Shown: positions 57,578 through 64,000 of the stretch, piece by piece | Layout of the letters: every line of letters starts with the position of its first letter | Position numbering within the stretch: the first letter of the stretch is position 1 | Assembly: GCA_028821395.1 (NCBI GenBank) | Contig: JAPPGP010000186.1 | Location: forward strand, 12,114-76,113 | DNA: 64,000 nucleotides | DNA from: Defluviicoccus sp. | GTDB taxonomy: Bacteria > Pseudomonadota > Alphaproteobacteria > MPNO01 | Reading direction: 5' to 3' | Notes under the pieces: model-generated | What the model was told of the DNA's origin: nothing | Seen by the model: the letters and a program-made list of their open reading frames with translations, nothing else | Database searches by the model: none | Translations under genes and position numbers: made by a program

Positions 57578-58522
57578 ATGAAACGCCGCGACGTCCTGAA
57601 AACCGCCGCTTTCGGCTCGGCCGCGACCGCGGTCCTGTCGGCCTCGCCCGGTGCCGCGCTGGCCGCCGGAAGCGACCGCCCCGCCTTCGTGCTGATCCAC
57701 GGCTCGTGGCACGGCGCATGGACGTGGAACGAGATGACGCCGCTGCTGGCGAAGGCGGGCTATGCGTCGATCGCCATCGACCTTCCGGGTGCGGGGACGC
57801 GCACGCGCTTTCCGCGATCCTTTCTGAAGCGGCCGCTCGACAAGGCCGCGTTCGCGACCGAGAAGTCGCCGGTTGCCGGCGTCACGCAGAGCGACCGCAC
57901 CAAGGCCGCGATAGACGCCGTTAACCACGCCGCCGGCCTCGGCAACGGCAGGGTGGTGATCGTCGGCCATTCCTGGGGCGGGGTCACGATCTCCCACGTC
58001 GCGGAAGCGGTGCCCGATAAGCTGCACGCGCTGGTCTACCTGACGGCCTTCCTGCTGCCCAACGGCATGACGGCCGGGGCCATGCTGGGCGATCCCGCCT
58101 TCAAGACCGGCCAGGTCGCGCCGCTGTTCATGGCCGATCCCGCCAAGACCGGCGGGCTCCGCATCGATCCGCGCTCGCAGGACCCGGACTATGTCGCCAA
58201 GGCGAAGCACGCCTTCTACCACGACGTTTCGGACGGTCATTTCGCGGCCATCGCCAACCTGCTGCACTGCGACGAGGTGGCCTCGACGGCGGGCGTGCCC
58301 ATGGCGGTCAGCGCAGCCAGATACGGCAAGGTGGCGCGCCACTACGTCCACATGGCGGACGACAGGGCGATCCCCGCGGTCGCGCAGGACCGCATGGTCG
58401 AGCTGGTCGATGCTTCGGGCATCGGCGGCAAGACGGCGGTGCACCGGATGCCGGGCAGCCACTCGCCGTTCTTCGCCCAGCCGGAGGCGCTGCTGGCGGT
58501 GTTCGACAGGATCGCGCGCTGA
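57578..58522 (+). CDS. Tat-exported alpha/beta hydrolase (SABP2/methylesterase-like esterase)
   Basis: MKRRDVLK twin-arginine signal; FVLIHGSWHGAWTW, GHSWGG nucleophile elbow, DRAIP, GSHSPFF. Confidence 0.88.
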   Translation: MKRRDVLKTAAFGSAATAVLSASPGAALAAGSDRPAFVLIHGSWHGAWTWNEMTPLLAKAGYASIAIDLPGAGTRTRFPRSFLKRPLDKAAFATEKSPVAGVTQSDRTKAAIDAVNHAAGLGNGRVVIVGHSWGGVTISHVAEAVPDKLHALVYLTAFLLPNGMTAGAMLGDPAFKTGQVAPLFMADPAKTGGLRIDPRSQDPDYVAKAKHAFYHDVSDGHFAAIANLLHCDEVASTAGVPMAVSAARYGKVARHYVHMADDRAIPAVAQDRMVELVDASGIGGKTAVHRMPGSHSPFFAQPEALLAVFDRIAR

Positions 58523-58657
58523 CCCCCGCGACGGGGCTTGCAACCGGCGATGCCGTGCTGAAATGTTGACAACGGGTTGGAACGCGCCCGGCCGGTCCGC
58601 CAGGGGATAGAAGCGGTCTTCCGGATCGCCCGGCCGGCGCGCGCGAAGGGGGTTCGG

Positions 58658-59569
58658 ATGGCGAAGGGACTGGAGGCGCTGCCGTTCTACAGCGAGGCGG
58701 CGATCGCCGAAGCGCTCGACTGGCCGCTTCTGATCGACGCCCTGGAGCGGGCGATGATCGCGTTCTCCGCCGGCGAGGTCGTGCAGCCGGTGCGCCAGAT
58801 GCTGCCGGTGCCGGGCCAGGACGCCTTCATGGGCGCGATGCCGGCGATCGGCGAGGCGATGGCGGTCAAGGTCGTCACCCTCTATCACGGCAATGCGGGC
58901 AGCGACATTCCGACCCACCAGGCGGTGATCCTGGTCTTCGACCGGGACAACGGCTCGCCGGTCGCCGCGCTCGACGGCCGCCTGATTACCGAGATGAGGA
59001 CGGCGGCGTGCTCCGCCGCGGCGGCGCGCAGGCTCGCCGCAGCCGAGCCCGAGGTGACGACCGTCATGGGAAGCGGCATCCAGGCGCGCGCCCATGCGAG
59101 CGCGCTCGCCTCCGTGCGGCCGCTCGGCGAGCTCCGGCTTTGGGCGCGCTCGGAGTTCGCCGGCCGCGCCTGCGCCGAGGAGATTGGCGCGGTCTTCGTG
59201 GCCGATGCCGAGCGCGCGGTGCGCGACGCCGACATCGTCGCCTGCACGACATCGGCGACCGAGCCGATATTGCACGGGGCCTGGCTGAAGCCGGGCGCCT
59301 TCGTTGCCGCGATCGGCTGGAACGGCAAGGACGGGCGCGAGCTCGACGACGCGGCGATGGCCAATGCCGTGATCGTCGATTCCCGCGATGCCGCGCGCGA
59401 CCAGTCGGGCAACGTGCGGGGCTCGGGCTGCGCGATCTTTGCCGAGCTCGGCGAAGTGCTGGCCGACGAGAGGACCGTCCCGGCCGGAGCGACCGCGGTC
59501 TACGACACGGTCGGCATCGCCATCATGGACGTGGCGGCCGCCAAGCTCGCCTGCGACCTGCTGGGTTGA
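58658..59569 (+). CDS. Ornithine cyclodeaminase/mu-crystallin family protein
   Basis: VKVVT, THQA, ITEMRTAACS, GSGIQARAH, GIAIMDVAAA. Confidence 0.9.
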   Translation: MAKGLEALPFYSEAAIAEALDWPLLIDALERAMIAFSAGEVVQPVRQMLPVPGQDAFMGAMPAIGEAMAVKVVTLYHGNAGSDIPTHQAVILVFDRDNGSPVAALDGRLITEMRTAACSAAAARRLAAAEPEVTTVMGSGIQARAHASALASVRPLGELRLWARSEFAGRACAEEIGAVFVADAERAVRDADIVACTTSATEPILHGAWLKPGAFVAAIGWNGKDGRELDDAAMANAVIVDSRDAARDQSGNVRGSGCAIFAELGEVLADERTVPAGATAVYDTVGIAIMDVAAAKLACDLLG

Positions 59570-59664
59570 GGCAGCGAGGCATCGCCTTCACCGCTTCGCC
59601 GTCGTTTGCTAAATACTCGGAGGGCGGCCATATCCGCGAGGCTGCGGGACCAACGGAGGGGGCG

Positions 59665-61002
59665 ATGGACGGAACCGCCTATCGAGAGAGCTTCCGCGAG
59701 CTGGTCGATGACCGGGTCGACGAGGGGGTCTTCCGGGTCGACCGCTCGATCTACACCGACGAAGGGATCTTCGAGGCCGAGATCGAGCGCATCTTCGAGG
59801 GCGGCTGGGTGTTCCTCTGCCACGAGGGGCAGGTGGAGAGCCCGGGCGACTACTTCGCGACCGAGATCGGCCGCCAGCCGGTCTTCGTCATGCGCCAGAA
59901 GGACGGCTCGCTCGGTTGCTTCATCAACGCGTGCTCGCATCGCGGCGCGATTCTGACCCCCTTCAAGCAGGGCAGCGCGCGGGCGCTCACCTGCCGCTTC
60001 CACGGCTGGGCCTACGATCTCGGCGGGCGTTGCATCAGGATCAAGAACGAGGAGTCGGGCTTCCAGGACCCCGACTTCTCGCGCGAGCGCTTCGACCTGC
60101 GCCGGATCGGCGCGCTCGGCTCTTACAAGGGGTTCGTCTTCGGCAGCCTGACCGGCGACGTGCCGCCTCTGGAAGACCATCTCGGCGCCGCCGCGCGCTG
60201 GATCGACCTGCTGGCCGACCAGGCGCGGAACGGGCTCGAGGTGGTGCCGGGCTCGTCGACCTATATGATCCGCGGCAACTGGAAGCTGCAGGCCGAGAAC
60301 AGCGTCGACGGCTATCACGTGTCCACTGTCCACCGGGTGTTCGCCTCGACCATTGCCAACCGCGAGACGCGCGATTCCACGGCCGGCATGCGGCGCACCG
60401 AGTCGGGGCGCATCAAGGGCAACGTGCCGACCGGCGCCTACGACCTCGGCAACGGGCACATGTCGATCTGGGCGCTGCACACCACGCCGCATGTCCGCCC
60501 GATCTACGAGGCGAAGGACTGGCTGGAAGAGAACCTGGATCCCGTCGCTGTCGACTGGATCCTCAACCGGGGGCGCAACCTCTATTTGTTCCCCAACGTG
60601 ATGCTGATGGACAACCCGTCGACGCAGATCCGGCTGATGAAGCCGCTCTCGCCCGACCTCGCCGAGGTGACGGTCTATTGCATCGCGCCGAAGGGCGAGA
60701 GCGGCACGGCACGCGCCGCGCGGCTCCGCAAATTCGAGGACTTCTACCTGACCGCCGGCATGGCGACGTCGGACGACATCGCGGCCCTCGAATCGGTCCA
60801 GGACGGCTCGTTCGGGCGCCTCAGCCGATGGAACGACATGACCCGCGGGCTCCAGGACCTGGTGGTCGGTCCCGACCGGGATGCCCGCGATCTCGGCTTC
60901 GAGCCCGCCGGCTGCTGCCCCGACTGGGACCACGAGGGGCTGTTCCACGGCTTCTACCGCGCCTGGGTCGAGCGCATGGAGAACGGGAACGCCGGCGGAT
61001 GA
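59665..61002 (+). CDS. Rieske ring-hydroxylating dioxygenase alpha subunit (BenA/AntA-like)
   Basis: NACSHRG, TCRFHGW, GNWKLQAENSVDGYHVSTVH, NLYLFPN, FEDFY..GMATSDD. Confidence 0.92.
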   Translation: MDGTAYRESFRELVDDRVDEGVFRVDRSIYTDEGIFEAEIERIFEGGWVFLCHEGQVESPGDYFATEIGRQPVFVMRQKDGSLGCFINACSHRGAILTPFKQGSARALTCRFHGWAYDLGGRCIRIKNEESGFQDPDFSRERFDLRRIGALGSYKGFVFGSLTGDVPPLEDHLGAAARWIDLLADQARNGLEVVPGSSTYMIRGNWKLQAENSVDGYHVSTVHRVFASTIANRETRDSTAGMRRTESGRIKGNVPTGAYDLGNGHMSIWALHTTPHVRPIYEAKDWLEENLDPVAVDWILNRGRNLYLFPNVMLMDNPSTQIRLMKPLSPDLAEVTVYCIAPKGESGTARAARLRKFEDFYLTAGMATSDDIAALESVQDGSFGRLSRWNDMTRGLQDLVVGPDRDARDLGFEPAGCCPDWDHEGLFHGFYRAWVERMENGNAGG

Positions 61003-61505
61003 GCACGGACGGAATCGACGCCGGGCTCGAACGCGAGGTCGCCGCGCTGATCAACCGCGAGGCGATGCTGCTCGACCGGCGGCGCTGGGACGAGTGGATC
61101 GACCTCTACACCGAGGACGCGATCTACTGGGTGCCCGCCTGGGCGAGCGAGGAAGAGACCACCACCGACCCCGACACCCAGCTCAACCTGATCTATCTCA
61201 GGAACCGGGGCGGGCTGGAGGATCGGGTGTTCCGCATCGAGTCGCGCGATTCCTACGCTTCGGTGCCGCTCGACCGGACGGTGCACCTGATCGGCAACAT
61301 CCTGGTCGAGAGTGCCGAGGAAGAGCGCATCGAGGCGTCCGCCAACTGCATCGTCCACGTCTACGGCAAGAAGGGGGCGGCGACGCGCGGCAGCCTCTAC
61401 GACTTCGAGTTCCGGCGCGATGACGGCGGGCTCAAGATCGCGCGCAAGAAGATCACCTTCATCGACGACCGGCTCGAAGGGCCGATCGACATCTACCACC
61501 TGTAG
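60999..61505 (+). CDS. Ring-hydroxylating dioxygenase beta subunit (BenB/AntB-like)
   Basis: REAMLLD..WDEW..YWVPAW, LIY..RGGLEDRVFRI, IDIYHL; ATGA coupling. Confidence 0.92.
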   Translation: MSTDGIDAGLEREVAALINREAMLLDRRRWDEWIDLYTEDAIYWVPAWASEEETTTDPDTQLNLIYLRNRGGLEDRVFRIESRDSYASVPLDRTVHLIGNILVESAEEERIEASANCIVHVYGKKGAATRGSLYDFEFRRDDGGLKIARKKITFIDDRLEGPIDIYHL

Positions 61506-61511
61506 AAGACG

Positions 61512-62543
61512 TTGCTGAGCCTGCAGAAGATCGCCCCAGAGGCCGGCGGAATCGCGCTCCGCGAGGTCGACCCGCGCGAGCCCGGGCCGGGCGAGATCTC
61601 GATCCGGGTGGGGGCGGCCGGGATCTGCGGCACCGACATGCAGATCTACAACTGGGCGCCCCGCATGGCGCGGCGCATGGCGCTGCCGCGCGTGCTCGGC
61701 CACGAGGTCTCGGGCACCGTCGAGGCGGCGGGGCCGGGGGTCGAGACCGTCGCGGTCGGCGACCGGGTGAGCCTGGAGAGCCACATCTTCTGCGGAATTT
61801 GCCGGCCCTGCCGGCTGGGACGCGCCCATCTCTGCGAGGCGACGCGCTATCCCGGGATCGACATCGACGGCGCCTTCGCCGAGTACCTGACCGTCCCGGC
61901 TTCGATCGCCTGGGTCAACCCGCCGGATCTGCCGCACGAGACGGCGGCGATGCTGGAGCCCTTCGGCATCGCGGTGCATGCCTGCCTGGCCGGGGCGGGG
62001 GTGTCCGGGCTCGCGGTGCTGGTCAACGGCTGCGGGCCGATCGGGCTGATGGCCATCGCGGTCGCCCGCGCGCTCGGCGCGGCGCGGGTGATCGCCTGCG
62101 ACATCAACAAGCTGCGGCTCCGCGCCGCCGAGACCATGGGCGCCGACCGCGCGGTCGATGCCGGCGGCGAAGACCTCGCGGCCGTTGCCCGCGACATGAC
62201 CGGCGGGGCCGGGGCCGATGTCGGGATCGAGTTCTCCGGCAGCGAGGCAGGGTTCAACGCGGTCTTCCAGGCGCTCGCCAAGGGCGGCGACTTCCGGCTG
62301 GTGGGCGCGCCGCCCGCCGCGATTCCCGTCGACTTCACCTATTGGCTGCTCAAATGCCCGGCGATGCACAACATCCACGGCCGGCTGATCTGGCAGACAT
62401 GGCAGCGCGCGACCGAATTGCTGGCGGCGGGGACGATCGATCTCGCGCCGGTGCGGAGCCATACGCTCCCGCTCTCGGAGGCGCCGCGCGGCTTCGAGCT
62501 GATCCGGGACGGCGAAGCGCTCAAGCCGGTCCTCGTGCCATGA
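61512..62543 (+). CDS. Zn-dependent MDR dehydrogenase (threonine dehydrogenase-like)
   Basis: GICGTDMQIYNW, LGHE, structural-Zn CGICRPC..HLC, EPFG, GCGPIG, IHGR. Confidence 0.88.
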   Translation: MLSLQKIAPEAGGIALREVDPREPGPGEISIRVGAAGICGTDMQIYNWAPRMARRMALPRVLGHEVSGTVEAAGPGVETVAVGDRVSLESHIFCGICRPCRLGRAHLCEATRYPGIDIDGAFAEYLTVPASIAWVNPPDLPHETAAMLEPFGIAVHACLAGAGVSGLAVLVNGCGPIGLMAIAVARALGAARVIACDINKLRLRAAETMGADRAVDAGGEDLAAVARDMTGGAGADVGIEFSGSEAGFNAVFQALAKGGDFRLVGAPPAAIPVDFTYWLLKCPAMHNIHGRLIWQTWQRATELLAAGTIDLAPVRSHTLPLSEAPRGFELIRDGEALKPVLVP

Positions 62544-63565
62544 CGACTCACGCCGTCACCCTGGTCTTCGACGATGGGCGCATCGCGCGCATCCAGGCCG
62601 AAGAGCACGACACGATCTACCTGGCGGCGCTCAAGCACCGCATCCGCATCGAGACCGACTGCCTCGAAGGCGCCTGCGCGACCTGCAAGGGGGTCTGCAC
62701 CTCGGGCGAGTACCGCCTGGACGAGTACAGCGAGGACGCGCTGAGCGCCGAGGAGGCGGCGAGGCGCGAGGTGCTGACCTGCCAGATGCACGTGCTGTCG
62801 GACTGCGTGATCGAATACCCCTACCCGTCGACGTTCTCGCTCAAGTCCCCGCCGGCCACCCGCATGGCCCGCGTCGCCGAGATCGAGACCGTGGCGGAGA
62901 GCGTGGTCCGGCTGGCCGTCGAGCCGGATGACGGCGAGCACGGGCCGGTGGCTTTCATGCCGGGGCAATACGTCCATCTCGGCGTGCCGGGGACCGATGC
63001 CGTGCGCTCCTACTCCTTCGCCAACCCGCCCGGGGAGACCGGGCGCTACGTCTTCTTCATCAAGGTGCTGGAGTCCGGCGCGATGAGCGGCTACGTCGCC
63101 GGGCCGGCGAAGCCGGGCGACGCGATGCCGGTGACCGGCCCGTTCGGCCGATTCTATCTGCGCCCGCCGAGCCGGCCGATCGTCATGGTGGCCGGCGGCA
63201 CCGGGCTTGCGCCGATGCTCTCGATGTTCGACCACATGCTGGCGACCGGCGCGACGGACCAGCCGGTCCGCCTGCTCTACGGCGCCAACACTCCGGCGGA
63301 GCTGTTCTCGCTCGACGCGCTGGATAGCTATGCCGGGCGCGGGCTCGATCTTGCCGTCGAGCTCTGCGTCGTCGAGGGCGAGGATGGCTGGTCCGGGCCC
63401 ACCGGGCACATCACGACGCTGTTGCGGTCGGAGATTCTGAACGCCGGCGATTGCGACGTCTATCTCTGCGGACCGCCGCCGATGATCGATGCCGCCACCG
63501 TCTGGCTTGCCGGGGCGGGGGTGGATCCGGCCGCGATCCACAGCGAAAAATTCCTGCCGAGCTGA
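62540..63565 (+). CDS. Dioxygenase ferredoxin-reductase (BenC/AntC-like; 2Fe-2S + FAD/NAD domains)
   Basis: DCLEGACATCK..LTCQ, FMPGQY, RSYSFAN, GPFGRFYL, AGGTGLAP, YLCGPPPM, SEKF. Confidence 0.92.
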   Translation: MTTHAVTLVFDDGRIARIQAEEHDTIYLAALKHRIRIETDCLEGACATCKGVCTSGEYRLDEYSEDALSAEEAARREVLTCQMHVLSDCVIEYPYPSTFSLKSPPATRMARVAEIETVAESVVRLAVEPDDGEHGPVAFMPGQYVHLGVPGTDAVRSYSFANPPGETGRYVFFIKVLESGAMSGYVAGPAKPGDAMPVTGPFGRFYLRPPSRPIVMVAGGTGLAPMLSMFDHMLATGATDQPVRLLYGANTPAELFSLDALDSYAGRGLDLAVELCVVEGEDGWSGPTGHITTLLRSEILNAGDCDVYLCGPPPMIDAATVWLAGAGVDPAAIHSEKFLPS

Positions 63566-63590
63566 CGTCGCCCAACACGTCGAGGAGCCG

Positions 63591-63644
63591 TTGACACCGC
63601 CGAACGGCGCACTATTTTCCCAATCGTACCGATGCGGTCCTATT
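63591..63644 (+). promoter_or_regulatory. Putative promoter and operator of the Rrf2/SUF regulator
   Basis: TTGACA at 63591, TATTTT at 63613 (16-nt spacing); imperfect inverted repeat AATCGTACC-n5-GGTCCTATT at 63622..63644. Confidence 0.45.
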
Positions 63645-63675
63645 TATCGGATCGCGGTCGTTCACGGATGGACCG

Positions 63676-64000
63676 ATGATCAAGCTCAGCCGCATGGCCG
63701 ACTACGCCGTTGTGCTGATGACACAGCTCGCGCGCCAGCCCGACGCGTTGCGCACCGCGGGCGAGCTGGCGCAGTCCTGCGGCCTGCCCCAGCCCACGGT
63801 GAGCAAGATCCTGAAATTGCTGGCCCACGCCGAGCTGCTGGTCTCCTACCGGGGCAACAAGGGCGGCTACCTGCTGGCGCGGCGGGCCGAGGGCATCACC
63901 ATGGCCGATGTGATCGGCGCGGTGGACGGGCCGATCGCCCTCACCGACTGCATCGGCCCCGACGGGCTGGTTTGCGAGATCGAGGCGCTGTGCCCCACCC
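63676..64000 (+). CDS. Rrf2-family SUF system Fe-S cluster assembly regulator (3' truncated by window edge)
   Basis: MIKLSRMADYAVVLM..LPQPTVSKILKLL..SYRGNKGGYLLAR..DVIGAVDGPIALTDC..CEIEALCP; not in the ORF track. Confidence 0.88.
   Translation, partial: MIKLSRMADYAVVLMTQLARQPDALRTAGELAQSCGLPQPTVSKILKLLAHAELLVSYRGNKGGYLLARRAEGITMADVIGAVDGPIALTDCIGPDGLVCEIEALCPT

Noticed and set aside
61512-62543. Calling the MDR gene tdh
   Set aside because: No kbl neighbour, Gln in place of the His in GTDxHIY, and it is embedded in a dioxygenase operon

Overview
GC-rich bacterial DNA, most likely from an alphaproteobacterium (Rhodospirillales/Rhizobiales-like gene content, REP-type palindromes, SUF-type Rrf2 regulator); taxonomy is inference only. 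The window is about 65 densely packed, mostly catabolic genes. Contents in order: a 16-kb cluster (two tandem UbiD decarboxylases, two FMN alpha-hydroxy-acid dehydrogenases, a ThDP enzyme, a SsuABC-like ABC transporter, a Rieske ferredoxin + small protein + amidohydrolase-fold putative dinuclear oxygenase, PrpD-like, PEPM/ICL-like and cupin genes); a prpDBC operon; ald; a TRAP transporter; a nitroreductase/TsaA/YrdC-like/RidA/MetE-like operon; an aryl-CoA ligase; two PIN toxin-antitoxin modules; separated hydantoinase B and A genes; a degenerate CysNC; flavin monooxygenases; an enamidase-like gene; and a benzoate/anthranilate-type Rieske dioxygenase operon. No rRNA, tRNA, CRISPR array or transposase was seen. 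Strongest hidden signal: the ORF track splits one gene at an in-frame UGA lying in an AhpD-type C-R-Y-(UGA)-T-A-G-H motif, followed by a SECIS-like hairpin, i.e. a probable 365-aa selenoprotein (22269..23366, minus strand). Also notable: the putative amidohydrolase-related oxygenase/UbiD pathway, four REP-doublet elements (one with a nested insertion), a DUF1800/DUF1501 deletion scar, and a GTPase-dead CysN fused to APS kinase. All family calls come from motif recognition by eye; no database searches were run.
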